In this document: positions 10,379 to 23,164 of the stretch, piece by piece
Numbering within the stretch: the stretch's first letter is position 1
How the letters are laid out: every line of letters starts with the position of its first letter
Assembly: GCA_054600435.1 (NCBI GenBank)
Contig: BAAIJX010000002.1
Location: 806,001 to 870,000 of the forward strand
Reading direction: 5' to 3'
Source of the DNA: Neophaeotheca triangularis
Taxonomy: Eukaryota
DNA: 64,000 nucleotides
The notes under the pieces: generated by a model
The model's database searches: none
What the model was told of the DNA's origin: nothing
Seen by the model: the letters and a program-made list of their open reading frames with translations, nothing else
Program-made: the position numbers and the translations under genes

Positions 10379-12702
10379 TGCTGAGGGGTTTGGGGGTTAG
10401 TGAGCTTTCCTCCACCGCACGGACCGACAAGGGTGCTGGACTTACTGGGCCTGAAGTTTTGTTTTCGTGTCCGCGGTGGCGCAAGATGCTGGTGCTGTTA
10501 TTTCCCAGAAAACCTTTGCTTGAGATCAAGATCGGACTTTTCAAAAACCAGACAAGGAAACTCTGGTTCCAGACCGAGCTTCTTATACCTCAAGCCAAGG
10601 CGAGAGCGTGCAAGTCGGGTGGAGTAAACAGGGCGATGGCAACCTACCGGTAATTGCTCTGAGTGGTATGGAGCGGTACGAGTCGGTGAAAGGGACCAAA
10701 TGATTAGGGCGATTTCGACGTACCGAGACGGCGGGGGGGAGTATGGGTTATTGCACTGCACTCCGGTAACCAGGCGATGGGAGCTTAGTTTGACTTAGTT
10801 GGGATCATTTTTATGGGCGCTTTCGACCCGCTGAGAATGTACGAAACGGTAGGAGTTACTGCACTCTCCCAGCAGATAAGGGCATTTGCTGCCGTGGAGC
10901 GGGCCAGTCAGTGCGAAAGATCACTACTGGAGATTTGGGAGCTGCGCCCAGCTACTCCTACCGTTTTGCATTGCACTGGTTTGCGGTACGAGCTAGCTCC
11001 CTGTGAGCAGGACCAAGATCAATGAGTATGGTAGGGAGAGGGGTGGGAACGGTAGGTGATAGCGCCTTTGAGGCAGGGAAAAATACATTTGCTGCTGATG
11101 ATGAAAAGCCCTGGGCGACGGCGAAACGAGGATAAGATCGTCTTTGTGATGCCATGCCTAGTCGAAAGCCGCAGATCTTTCAGCGGGACGGTAGGGCTGC
11201 AAAGGGCACTACCGTCTATGCAGGAGACGGCGAACTGCATTGGTGCGCGAGCACCTGGGCAGATGACCACGGAAGCTTTTGAACCACGCTTGCCTTCAAT
11301 GCATGCTTGCTTTCTTTCAAGGGCTGAGACTTGTCAAGCTAAGGTTACTTCGCGCGGTCACTCTTGTAACCATTGAGGTAGCGTGATGATGGGAGATGTA
11401 TGAGGTGGCGCGACCGCCGAGCGCATCGCAACACTTTGGGGCGGCGGAGTGGGCCCGTCGCTGACAGCACATCTAGTCTTGCGGTACGCAAGGCGCCGGT
11501 GGGACGCTATGAGAGCAGGTCTGGGCGAGGTGGTAATCACGCGGAGACTGCGAACGGTAGGAGTGGGCGCGGTCACGGCGGACCGTTGTGTGGCTCACAC
11601 ATCTCGCCGTGATTAGCAGCAAAGTCTGAAAAGCCGGTCTCCCTACGAAAAAAAGTTTTTGCACGGACAAGAAGCAGATTTCGGAAAGGGTACGAGTTGG
11701 AAGTATGTGGCTATTGAACGCTTCGATGCTGATTTCCCGCCTGGCATCTTACAACCTTCGCCGGAGCTACCTTGCCTTTGAAACTTGGCAAAAGTCGGTT
11801 TTGGACTGTGGTCACGGAGCACCATACTTGGGAGAAAAGGCGACGCTCGTAACAGTAGCAGTCAGGGTAAATGCCACGCCGAGCTCGCTTGAGGGCTTTT
11901 GACGAAGCTATTCTGCCTTGGGGACTTGGTTCACGCCCCAGCCTCTGCTCGCATGAAGCATGTGGAGCCAGTCCAGACAAAAAGGCGCAGAGTTGAGAAT
12001 GGTAAGAGTTGGAGTTGCTGGATTGCAGGGCCATCCGAGACACTTCAAACAGCCAGCAAGGCCTCGAAAACAGCCTGGGGAGGTTACGAGGGCGACAACG
12101 CCAAGGGTGCGCTACGACGACCACCTGGACATCGAACAAAACTACTACCGACTTTTCCAAGCATGCCCTTACTACTACTCGCACTGGCGAGGTACCGAGT
12201 GACAACCTCTACTGGGATACCTTGAAGATGATAGCTACTTAGGTACTCTAAAGCCTCATTGGTCTGCATTTTGGCTGCTTACAAGACGCTCGTCGCTCAG
12301 CCACTACGATTTGTTGCCAGCTTCGCGACCACTACGAACCTGGCGGTCACGAGAAATCAGGCAATCGGTTACTTCTCGACTGCTCGACACACTATTCACC
12401 GCTGGGATTTGTCGGCCTGGTCAGGTTTCTCAAAGGCAGCGCAGACTGCCTGCGGAGCTAGTGTGCTCTCTGAGGCCGCAAGGTTGGTCTGGTGGCGACT
12501 CGTAGGTCTCCCACAGCTCGCATCATGGGATGGGCGCAGGCAATGCAAGATGGGCGCGCAACCTGCTGATGACTTTGCCTGTGCATGTAACGCTGGTATA
12601 AGGCAATTGTTTGTTGTGTTTTCGGCCTTGCCAACATCATTATATCTCTAAAGCGAGCCGTGTCGCTCATCGTTGGATCATCATCCTTTCAGAACACCAA
12701 TC

Positions 12703-14221
12703 ATGCCGCACTCAACGCTTTCTGATACGAGCGGTCTTCCTGAACTGGTAGGAGAGCCGGCAAGAGGGCCGTCCAAGAAAGAATGGAGGCGGTTCAGGCC
12801 TTTTGTTGAGAGGTGGTATAGACACAACACGGCCAACAAGATAGCCAGCAAGATGGATGCGCGAGGGTTCAAGGTTTCGTAAGATGCACGCCGCCACAAC
12901 GAAGCAAGAGATGAGCGGAGGCGCTAACTTGATCTTCAGGGAGAAGATGGTCCGTGATCGTCTCGGACGCTGGGGTCTCGCAAACAAGTACCGACGGACC
13001 ATTCGATCAGCGGCAACTACATCCTCATCTCCAGATGTCCTAGTCACAAATCGAGACGACCAGCAGAGCCCTCCGCAAACAAACGAAGTTGGCTTCGTCA
13101 TCAGCACCATCGTCCCAAACGGGATCACAAGACTACCACGTATGCCGACGCAAGAGCGCCTATGGAATCATGTACTGAGCGCTGCCAACAACTGGTATCT
13201 CAGTCTTGCCGAGAATGGCACTTTCCAGCGGCCCCTGGAACCCTGTGGACTGCATATTGCCTTTGCAAAATTTCAACAGGCCCTTCTCGCACAACAGCTG
13301 CACCAAAAAGAAAAATTTTCCTGGCGGTTACTGAGCGAAGCTGGACAGCATGTCGCTGCGCGGGTCAAAGACGATCATCCGGCCATACTCCCAAGCCTGC
13401 TCGCCTTCCTCCGAGATCTTCCCTCCGGTAAGGACAACAAGGTCGCCGCCGTGATTCGTCGATATCTTATTAGAGAGTCGCAGGCCTCACTTGCACCAGC
13501 TCATCCGGTCGCTCTCCTTTGCAACATTTCTCGCTTGCCAGTCTTTCCCGAACAGCTCTGCCAGCTCCTACTGAGAGTCTTCGAGTCGCACTTCCCACTA
13601 AAAACAGGCTCGCCGAATTTTGAAGCCTTAGCAACGAAGATCTGCCTCCTTTGCTGCGATGTATACATCAAGCAAGGACGATTTGAAGAAGCCGAGCGCT
13701 TACTTGAGCGAGTTGAGCCCACGCAAGGATCCACTTTGACCCTCACGAAAACCTACCGATTTCGAGCCTATTCACGACAAAAGCAGGGCGACCTCGATGG
13801 GGCCTTGGGAATCTTGAACCAAGCCTGGCGAGCCTTGCGTGAACGGAAAAGCGAAGTGACTCGCCTCGGCTGTAAAATCCTAGCTGACCTGGCACTCATT
13901 CATGACGCTCTCGACGATCTCCCGTCTTGCGAAGAAGCGCTGCAACACCTGCTGTGGAATCACATGCTCACTGGCGGTGACTTCATAACCAGGCTGATCA
14001 TCACGAAACAGCTTGAAGATGCACTCTTGAAGCAAGAGAAGTGGACTGAGGCGGCTACTTTGAAACGCAGATTCCCCGAAGCCTTCGACGCTGAGCAGTA
14101 CTATGACAGTCAGACAGCCCCAGCCTCAGATTCTCGTCTCTTCCTGGAACCCCCTCCGGCTTGTCCAGCGCTCGGAGTCTTGTGCGCACGTTTTAGGCCT
14201 TCGGCGCATTTTTTTCTCTGA
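12703..14221 (+). CDS. Clr5-domain protein with C-terminal TPR-like helical repeats; exons 12703-12878 and 12940-14221
   Basis: Spliced N-terminus EWRRFRPFVERWY...IASKMDARGFKVS|EKMVRDRLGRWG fits the Clr5 domain pattern. Intron GTAAGA...GCTAAC...CAG restores the frame. TPR-like YIKQGRFEEAERLLE and QKQGDLDGALGIL. Confidence 0.8.
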
Positions 14222-15623
14222 CAATTCTACAAGGATTGGTGTTGATTCGTGCCAGTTCTGTATGATCGCCGTTCCTATACGCCTGGTTCTCCAACTTTTA
14301 TTTTAAGGCCAATGCGCATTGCGGGGGGTTTGGAATGCAATACGAATCTTATCCGGCGTCGCGAGGGTCACCGGGTGAGCCCAGCACCAGAACAAGGCGG
14401 GTTTACAGCTCACCCCTTCACCGTGCTAGCTTTCAGAGGGCGTGGACTCCTGCTACAACCCTTTTGATATCACGCCTGGCACATGGAGTGCGTAATTCGT
14501 CTTTTCGACCACCACATCCCCTCGTTCACGATGCTGGACTGTTTGCTCAGGTCAGCATCGGTTCTGCCATCTTGTCGGTTAGCTCAGATGCACACCTTTG
14601 CCTTCTCATGAGCAGGCTCAAGTCGAGCGAGGGTATGAACACGGGATACAACTCATGGGGGTTTTAGATGAAGATGTGCAAGTCTTTATTGATACTTGCC
14701 CTCTACTGGTCAGAAGGTCCTGGATCGACGATCATATCGATGGGCCGTCGAGCGTCTGACACTAGAATGCAGTCCGTGTACCCTGACTCTTTGCATCTCC
14801 GTATCGCTTGCCCGAGGCGTGACGGCGCAAAAGGGGTGGTCGGAACAGCAAGGCTGACGGGGTTACAAGGAATGGATGGAGGGAGGCAGACTTATCGGAA
14901 AGCATTGCGTCTATTGCGCTTTCATGCATTCTCGACCGAGGGTTGCAAGCTATCAAGATGATCTGCCACTGCCACAATCTTTATGTCTTCCGCGGACACC
15001 TCTTCACGCTCAGCAGGCAACCAATCTCTGGATGCAAAAGCTTCCCAGGAACCCTCCTGTCCAGGACTAACATTGAGCTGATAGCTCCAAATACTCGGCC
15101 AGCCACGTCAGGATGCTCATCGCATAGATGCGAGTATGACTGCCTTGGCTATATGTAGCGAAAATCCGCAGTTCTCCGTCACGGGCTGCGCTACGACGAC
15201 GAGATTATGCAATTCGCGAGGTTCGAGCTGCCAAGTGCATCTCCTTTCCTGCAGGTGAGGTGTGATTGCAGAGAGGGTGTTAAGTCAAGACGTGGCAAGC
15301 TTCAATTGACGAGACGCTGGGTTTTATGGCGGCCCCCCCCTCCGTGAAAGTTGTGGTGCCTCCTTTGCTTTTCTTCTTATTGCCCTCTTACTGCAGTGCG
15401 GTTGGGATAGTCGGCTTCAGTCGTGATGACAGGTGGTTGCGATGAAAATGGCAAGTTTTGGGCAAGAAATGGAGAGAGGCTGGCTTGGCACAGTTACTTT
15501 GAGAAAGCAGCAACGAATAATCTAGCGAACACGATGCTTTAGGGACCGGCTTCGGGGTTGGGGGCTCAACACCAAGCACGCGAGGCACAAAGCACGAGAG
15601 CCTCAACTTGCTGAGAGCCCGGA

Positions 15624-15647
15624 GTCGTCGTCGTCGTCGTCGTCGTC
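15624..15647. repeat. (GTC)8 microsatellite
   Basis: Directly visible perfect trinucleotide run. Confidence 0.95.
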
Positions 15648-16575
15648 AGAAGCCGACGACTTGCAACTATTGCCGTACATCAGCTCGAAAAGACCCGCAA
15701 CTCTAGAGAGACTAAGCGTTGTCGAGTGTCCCAGATGCCCTTGTCTCGGAAAAGGCAGCTTCAGGCGTCATGGAATACTGCAGTGATGAAAGGGTCATGT
15801 GGTAGCGGCACGTGGTGAAGGTGTTGGAGGCACGGCACGGCACGGCAGCTGAATGGAATTAATCATGCTTTGTCCCTGCAGCTACCTACTTTACCTAAGT
15901 ACACAGGTACATCATCTGTCGACAGAAGCCTAAGGTACATACTTCTGCTTCTCTACTACCTTATCCTTACCTAGGTACTCCCTGGTACTCTGCACAGTCT
16001 TGAAAGTATATTTATTCAAATCACAGCAACACGATACCTCCTTACGCTATGAAGTAACGATAACAGCAACAACAGCAACAACAGCACCCGGGCTTGCTTT
16101 CCGAATCCGGCGACCGAGGTAGTGGCCGGATTAGGCAGTCAACGACAACCCCGCCATCGACTTGGCACAGCGATAACGATAGCGATAGCTCTTACCTAGT
16201 AGTACCTCCTTGAGTGGTCGATATCACGACGATACGACACGCTCAACACAACACAACACAAGTGTCAACACTGCTGGTTCAGTGTCTCCAACCTCGATTG
16301 CTCCAACAACACGACGAACACCTACAGTGATTTGCAGTCTCACTTCCAGATCCCAGCAAACCCCCGCGTGTTGCTGTGTCGTCACAAAGGGGACCATATC
16401 AGTCATCCCCCACGTCCACCTCGCAAGCTAAGACACTCGTCACGCCGCAAACGATTCCCTCTTAATTCTTACTACACTTCCTCCCCGCCCTCGCTCCTCG
16501 CACCGCCAACGAAAGCCACCATACCCGTCCTGACCAACACTGTATTCCCTCCACCAACGCATCCCACCCGGCTTA

Positions 16576-19500
16576 ATGCCCGCCGCCGATCATCTCGTCA
16601 ACTTCGACTTCGACGACGGCTTCGAGCAGCAACAATCAAGCCCGCCTGTAAACACCCCGCCGTCGTCCAACAAGAAGAGCAAGAAGAAAAAGGCCAAGAA
16701 CAAGGGCGATGCTCTCCCCGCCGCCCAACCAAAGATTGACGAGGAAGAGGAGACTCCCTACGCAAAGTCTGTGACTCCCTCCCCACCTACACCAAATGGG
16801 GTGCGTCTACAAGGGGAAGCAACCCCTCCGACTCCCGCTCAAGACTCCGACCCCGTGCCGCCTCCTGCCGAGAACTTCGACGACGATGACATCCTAGCCT
16901 GGGAGGAATCACCCCCGTCACATGCCGAGCCAGCACCGGAAGTGAAAGCCACACCACCGCCAACTGCACACCCGGCTCGTTCTTCACCAATACAACCACC
17001 GACAAAGCCCGCACAAGATCCAGCTCCTTACCCTCGACTCCCACTTCCAAATTCCCCTCAACGTCGAGTCTCAACTCTCTACGGCAGCCCAGGCACGTAC
17101 GGGACCCGCAATCCTCAAATTGAGCAGCTCGAACAAAACCAGCAGCGACATCCTGAAGAACGCGTAAAACCGCGCGTCCGCCGCGAATCCTACCACGCAG
17201 CACCTCGCCCACGCATCATGGAACCCCCTCCCCCACACATGCCTCAGCCGCATTTCATGGGTCTCCCCGACTGGACGGGTAAACTTCTACCACAGCAAAA
17301 TCCGCATCAGCAAGGCCACAGCGGCAAAAAAGCCGGCTCGGATGGGTATTGCTGCTGTTTCGACTCTTTCAGCGACAGTGGAGATTCCGCTAGTGCAAAG
17401 AAGGCTAAAGATGCGTTACTGGTGGGTTGGAAGGGTGGTCTGGATATTTATCGCGTGCTGGAAGATAAAATGGAGGTTATTGGGCGGCTGGAGGGGTTGA
17501 GAGGAGGGGTGATAGGGGCAAGGATTTTACCAGGGGTCGGGAGAGGAAATGGCGATGGGAAAGAGAAGCCTGTGGTCGTGGTGGTCGTGCATGGGCCAAT
17601 GGACAGGGAAGAGGGTGACGAGGAATATTCTGTCTATGGAGAGAGTTTGACGCTCTGGCAGACAACGGTTGAGGTCTTTTCACTCGATACGCAGATGCAA
17701 ATGGCTACGTTGTACAAGGGCGCACCGCAGGATGTTCACCTGGGTACGAACGGGTTGCCAAAACGACCAGAGCCCGTGGGAGATATCGATGTGGCGGTAT
17801 CCGGACAGTTTGTTACAATCTCGTCTGGCGTGAGTGGCGAGGTCTACGTTTTTACTCAAGACTCGGACACTACTCAGAGGTTTCGCTGCATTGGGAAGTT
17901 CTGGACGCTCATACAAACTCGACTTCCAAACCAGTCTTCTCGCCCTGGTAGCGGCAGTGATGGGATGTTTGAAGGCGAAGAGAAGAAGTTAAGGGGGGCG
18001 CCGCTGTTAAGTTTAAGCCCTCGATGGCTTGCGCTTTGCCCACCAGCTACAACATCCTCGATATCTATCCAAGGTAGCCCTCTCGTCACGGATGCCAACC
18101 CTCAGCCATTCGGTGTCAACACACATGTCGCACCACCACAGCCGCATTTGAGTTGCGAAGTGGCAGGTGTCGATGAAGAGGGCACTTTCTCGAAACTCTC
18201 TCGTCAAGCAGCACAAGGACTAGTCCAAGCTTCACAAAAAGGCTATATCCTTGGCATGGAAGCATGGAAAGAGTTGACACACCCTTCACCTCCCTCTGGG
18301 CAGCAACCACACCACCACAACCGTGGAGCATCCCACGACTTCCCACCCACCAACGCCCCTCATGACGATCCCCGCCGCCTAGCAAGGGAACCTACAGTCA
18401 TCTCTATCATTGACCTCCAGCGGCTCCACGAAGCCGACGAACACCGCTCTAAACACTCACCGGCACCGCTCGCTACCTTTGCTTTGACCGAAGGCTGCAA
18501 CTACCTCTCATTCTCCCCCAACGGCTTGCGCATCCTAACCTCTAATCGCAAAGGCGAAGTGACAACAATCTGGAACCTTTCGCAGATTGCCCACGCCAGT
18601 CCCTCGACCCTTACAACGTCAACGACTGAACCCGATATTTCCTCGGTCCCCTGTATCCAACAAGTCCACCGGATCCCACGCTCTTCGACTTCAGTTCTCC
18701 TCTCCTGCGTGTGGAACTCCGACAGCAATCGCGTGGCTCTCCTGACCGCCAACGGCACCATCCACTTGCATGAGATCCCTGCCTCGAAACCCCTCGATGG
18801 CCGAAAGCGCCGCCGCAACCCTAGCGTCTCTTTCAACGGTAAAGGCCTCTTCGGTCAGACCCACACTCTTCGCGAGAAAGCCCAACCTACCGTCGGCGTC
18901 TCAGCAGGTCTCTCGCCACCAAGCGGAGGTGGGTACCTAGGGAGCCTCAAGGGCGCTTGGGGAAAGTGGGGAGCTGGTGGAGGAAAGCAAGCACAACCCC
19001 AGCGAGACAACGCTTCCGCGATACCCCAGGATCGCTCACCACCGGTCCAAGCGCCCGCCGAAGAAGGTCTAGCATATATCCCAACCCATCTACACAACGC
19101 CAATAACGCCGGTGGCTGGACGCAGAATCTAAACTTCGCGGGTTTTCGTCAAACCGCAGCCGCAGCCGGAGGCAAGGGCTCTCGCGCCGTCGCAAAGGGA
19201 CTCTGGCAAGGTCTCGAACTCGCTCGTGGTGGCGTGGAGGAAGCCTGGCGCAGCGAGGAGAACAAGATCCGCGTCAAGGAACTCGGCGAATCATGGGCTG
19301 CTGAAAGCAACGCAACAACCTTGTCTGAAGAGAGTACCGCAAGAGGCAGTCTCCATCACGCCCTCCGCTGGTTTTCACGCTCAGGCAGTGGATGTCAGAA
19401 CCTCGCCGTCGCTGCCGCGGGCAAGGTAGCTCTTCATCCTGTTGAGCGCGTTGAGCGGTTCAGGGGAGAAGAGCGGTTCTGGGCGCTGAGGCAGGAGAAG

Positions 19501-20451
19501 GGTGGCAAGAGGACATTTGCTTTGCCTCTTATCTCCACTCCTACCGAGGCTTTTACCCCTGCTGGTAGTGGCAATGATAAGCGCAATGGAGATATCGGCA
19601 ACACCTCGTGCGAGCAACAGGGCCCACATGGCTTCTGGCTTCCAGCCTCCCTCGGCACACACGCTCCACTCGAGCGCGGCAGGGGTCGTGGCCACCGCCA
19701 CAACGACAGTGCCTCTGCAGGCGGGGCGGCAGAAGTCGAAACAAATCCCCCTTACTGCCCTTTCCACATCGACTACCGCGTCGGGATCTTTGCTTTCTTC
19801 GAACCCTCTGACGGTGCCGATGCCAACGGGCCTGAATTCGATGGCAAGGCTGATGTTTCGGTGGATGAGTGGGGCTTTTTGGGCCATGGCGTTGCTGACG
19901 AGCCGGCTTGGGTGTTTGGCCAGGCAATGCCTGCGGGCGTTAGGATGAATGAGGAAGCCCTTTGTGAGGGGGAGTACGCTGCGGGAGCCGGGGCTTTTGA
20001 GACTGTGGGTGGGGGCGGGGTTGCCGCTTTGCGGCTGCGAGATTACGATGAGGTGGATGAGGGCGATGGGAATGGGTTTGCGGACAGAGGTGGCAGGAGG
20101 GTAGGGCAGGGTTTCGACCTTGACGACGACGACGAGTCTGTCGACGGGGACTACGAGGACGATGGGGAAGACGATGCTGCTACCGCTCCCCGTCGTAACC
20201 CTGCCGTCAGGAGTATCTTGACTGTCAGCAAAGTCAGCGGGTCTCGCGGGTATGGAAGAGGTTCGAAAGTCGCTGGCGGCCGTGAGGGGGATATAGAAGG
20301 GTTTACCGAAGGATGCGAGCAGGAGGAAGAGGAGATTAGGGTGCATACGACTTCTACCTCGGCGGGAGGTGCGGGTGGAGGTGCGGGTGGGGGTAGCGGG
20401 AGGAAGAGGAAAGGTAAGGGGGGTGGTGGGAGGGGCCAAAGCGCTTGGTAA
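16576..20451 (+). CDS. BCAS3-like WD40/beta-propeller protein
   Basis: 1291-aa ORF with disordered termini and a conserved core YCCCFDSF...LDIYRV...GRLEGLRGGVIGARIL...LSPRWLA...YLSFSPNGLRILT...GTIHLH, resembling fungal BCAS3-family proteins. Confidence 0.75.
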   Translation: MPAADHLVNFDFDDGFEQQQSSPPVNTPPSSNKKSKKKKAKNKGDALPAAQPKIDEEEETPYAKSVTPSPPTPNGVRLQGEATPPTPAQDSDPVPPPAENFDDDDILAWEESPPSHAEPAPEVKATPPPTAHPARSSPIQPPTKPAQDPAPYPRLPLPNSPQRRVSTLYGSPGTYGTRNPQIEQLEQNQQRHPEERVKPRVRRESYHAAPRPRIMEPPPPHMPQPHFMGLPDWTGKLLPQQNPHQQGHSGKKAGSDGYCCCFDSFSDSGDSASAKKAKDALLVGWKGGLDIYRVLEDKMEVIGRLEGLRGGVIGARILPGVGRGNGDGKEKPVVVVVVHGPMDREEGDEEYSVYGESLTLWQTTVEVFSLDTQMQMATLYKGAPQDVHLGTNGLPKRPEPVGDIDVAVSGQFVTISSGVSGEVYVFTQDSDTTQRFRCIGKFWTLIQTRLPNQSSRPGSGSDGMFEGEEKKLRGAPLLSLSPRWLALCPPATTSSISIQGSPLVTDANPQPFGVNTHVAPPQPHLSCEVAGVDEEGTFSKLSRQAAQGLVQASQKGYILGMEAWKELTHPSPPSGQQPHHHNRGASHDFPPTNAPHDDPRRLAREPTVISIIDLQRLHEADEHRSKHSPAPLATFALTEGCNYLSFSPNGLRILTSNRKGEVTTIWNLSQIAHASPSTLTTSTTEPDISSVPCIQQVHRIPRSSTSVLLSCVWNSDSNRVALLTANGTIHLHEIPASKPLDGRKRRRNPSVSFNGKGLFGQTHTLREKAQPTVGVSAGLSPPSGGGYLGSLKGAWGKWGAGGGKQAQPQRDNASAIPQDRSPPVQAPAEEGLAYIPTHLHNANNAGGWTQNLNFAGFRQTAAAAGGKGSRAVAKGLWQGLELARGGVEEAWRSEENKIRVKELGESWAAESNATTLSEESTARGSLHHALRWFSRSGSGCQNLAVAAAGKVALHPVERVERFRGEERFWALRQEKGGKRTFALPLISTPTEAFTPAGSGNDKRNGDIGNTSCEQQGPHGFWLPASLGTHAPLERGRGRGHRHNDSASAGGAAEVETNPPYCPFHIDYRVGIFAFFEPSDGADANGPEFDGKADVSVDEWGFLGHGVADEPAWVFGQAMPAGVRMNEEALCEGEYAAGAGAFETVGGGGVAALRLRDYDEVDEGDGNGFADRGGRRVGQGFDLDDDDESVDGDYEDDGEDDAATAPRRNPAVRSILTVSKVSGSRGYGRGSKVAGGREGDIEGFTEGCEQEEEEIRVHTTSTSAGGAGGGAGGGSGRKRKGKGGGGRGQSAW

Positions 20452-20998
20452 CGCTCACTAATGGAGTTCGTATTGTCATCAACCGAGCTGCTTCCTGTCC
20501 GCGCGCTGAGGGTTGGCGGTACGTACATGATTCCGGGATGGTTCCCTGATTGGACTGCAGTTCAAGGGCATGGCGTTCTCTGCTTAAAGGGGGTCATTAC
20601 TGGCAGTTTCGCTTCCGCTTCCACTCGGAGGACTTGCGAGTTTGGTTTGATTCGAAGTTAGAAATATACCCCTGCGCCGATGAAGGCGTGAATTTTGGAA
20701 TGAAAAGACGCCGTTTTGTCCCCCTCTTTTCCTTCTTGGTGGTAGATTTCCTTCCCCTATTCCCTTTTGCTTTTTCCTCTTCGGCTATCTCTCTTTTCTT
20801 TTCTTTTCCTCCCTCTCTCCTTTCTCCCTCATACCCTTTTTCTTTTCTTCTGGTGCTATCTTCTCTCTACGCTACCTTCTCCTACCTCTCCCTCAAGACC
20901 GAGCCCCCACGTCAGACTACCCACCTATCCCGTAAGAGCCCACACCCAGCCCCTTCTCTAACCCGTTGTTCCAGTCTCATAGTCACCACCGCTACCAC

Positions 20999-21616
20999 TC
21001 ACCCCCAAGCTTCCTGTCTGCCGGTCTTATCGCTCAGCATTGCTGCCAAAATTCGCTTTAGACCCGATGCTAGCCACGACCGCCGTGCTACTCGCCGTGC
21101 GCGAAGTGGGTCCGGAGAGGAGGATCTAGTCGCTAGTTTGGACTGGCATGGCTTGGGGTTTTGGTTCCGGCTCTGTTGTTCACGGCTTTTGAGCGCTGGC
21201 TCTGGGTCTAGCGGAGGTTGCTGGTTGGACTCGGGATTCGCGAGGTTTACTGCGTTAGTACGAGCACGGTTTAGGGCGCGAGTCGCGACAGGGGTGCTTT
21301 GAGGGATAACACTGGGGCCGAGGGCGTGGGGGCCATGGTGGGCGGCGGTCTTGGTCTGGTTTTGGCGAATGCGTTCCGGGTGACGCGTGGTATGGAGTGA
21401 AGAGGTCGGTTGGGGTGTGGTGTGACATTGAATTTGGGGTAGTGGGTGGTAGCCAGACAGAGGTGGGGTGGGAGACTGCGATGTTCGGGTTCCGGCTTGG
21501 ATGGGATGCAGGGTTTTGTAGCTACGTTGGGGGTTGCTGGGGTGCGTGATGGAGTGCGGGGTTGAGTGCTTGTCGGCGAGGTGAAGACGAGTGGCTGGTT
21601 TCCTCGTTTCTTGCAT
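20999..21616 (-). CDS. possible hypothetical protein
   Basis: 205-aa ATG ORF whose C-rich sense strand matches real genes in this window. It ends at a GTGAGT donor-like site, so more exons are possible. No motif. Confidence 0.3.
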   Translation of the reverse strand: MQETRKPATRLHLADKHSTPHSITHPSNPQRSYKTLHPIQAGTRTSQSPTPPLSGYHPLPQIQCHTTPQPTSSLHTTRHPERIRQNQTKTAAHHGPHALGPSVIPQSTPVATRALNRARTNAVNLANPESNQQPPLDPEPALKSREQQSRNQNPKPCQSKLATRSSSPDPLRARRVARRSWLASGLKRILAAMLSDKTGRQEAWG

Positions 21617-22271
21617 CTTAGTAAGTGTTAGGGGCTAATCGAAACAAGAGGGCCCGTGGGGTCCGGGCTGGTCACGTATGTCGATATCGGAGACCTGTGC
21701 CGGTCGCGGCATTGGACAAATGTTCAACGTTGCTGCACGTGAATTCAAGAGATGGTGGACCTTCGTCCCTGATTGACGATACGGCTGGGAAAACTAGGCG
21801 GAGGTTTGGAAGTTGACAGGATGGCTCTTCGAGCTTTGAGTCCCTACCCAGACTCGTTATCCCTAATTACGCTTCGAAGTGCGCTAGGCAGTAGGCTATG
21901 AGTGCTGGAGGGAGTGTCGGGATGACTTTTTTCCAACAGATGTTATTGTTTGCTAGGCAGTCGCTAATCCCTGGGTCTCATTGTAGTGACTCCAAAAAGT
22001 CGGGCAAATCTCGCAATCCCATAAGCATTCAATCTGGTGTCAGTGAATTCAACCCGGACTACATGCCTTCTAGTTACACCGGACTGCCCTGTTACTCGAC
22101 AGCGTATAGTTACCAAAACCTGAACGACCCTACACTTGCCCTCCTTTCCGGCGTTTCATACCTTCGACCCAACCAATTATCACATCTCTCAACTCCATCC
22201 AACTTTCCACTATCTACCATTCTCGTCAAAACAATTTTGATCCCTCAGACCGACATCAACTTGCGACCACT

Positions 22272-23164
22272 ATGGCGTCGACCTCCAGTACCTACTCATC
22301 AAGTTCCAGCGATGGAAGTCCGTCCAACAACCCCATCAATCCAGAAGACCCAGACCGTTGGTTCCAACAAGAACACCAAGGCCTGCTTCGCCAGATTCAA
22401 ACGACCCTTGCCGCAATGCACTCGCTATCCGTATCTGCCGCACATGGCGACTACCCCACCACTCACGGCGCATATCTTCGGGCCAGCGATGCTCTCACAT
22501 CTGTTGGTGGCTTGACAGTTGGTACATAAGCGCCGACTCCGCAGGGCCGACTGGTCCGGCTACTTCCCCTGCTGCTCGTCAGCGCGACCAAGCAGCTGCG
22601 GAACTGGCGAGTGCGGCGAGTGCGGCTGCCTTTTTGCGGGTGGAGGGCAGCGAGAGTGCTGCATCGATCATTGTCACTACGCATCATGAACATGGTCAAA
22701 TTCCTGCAGACGCGGCGGCTGCTCATGCAAGAATCCACGCTGCTGCTGTATCCAGGGCTGCTGCCAGTCTCGCGGATGTGGCGCTGATGGGAGAAATGAC
22801 GACGGGCCGAGATTTCAGGGACTCAGAGTCGAGTTCTGAGACCTCTGGTCCGCCATCTTCGCCTGGTCCTGATGGTTTGGGTGGAGATGGTTCGTCAGGC
22901 CAGACCGCAGCGAGCCTTCTCGCTTCTGATCCCACATCAGCCGGCTCCGCGGGAGAGATGCCAGATGTCCGGCCGTCGGTAGATGCTGGTCCGGCGTTGG
23001 CAAACCCAGCTGTGCAGGGTGCTGCGGTCCCGTCGAAGTCTTCTACAGACGCGGCCAAGGCGACCGAAGAAGATGGGGGCAGACTTATCAGCTCTAAGGG
23101 ATATAAATCGCCATACGTATCGTCAGGGTCTGCAGAGCCTGATGCTGGAGAACAGACGCTGTAA
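22272..23164 (+). CDS. Ser/Ala-rich hypothetical protein in two frames (tiny intron or frameshift near 22522-22544)
   Basis: ORF 22272..22529 and the 3' part of ORF 22358..23164 both look protein-like and join in frame if GT..AG 22522-22544 is removed. Confidence 0.45.

Noticed and set aside
10500..12650. Many short overlapping ORFs (also 404-1250 and 14250-15600)
   Set aside because: No codon bias, motif or splice support; treated as intergenic.
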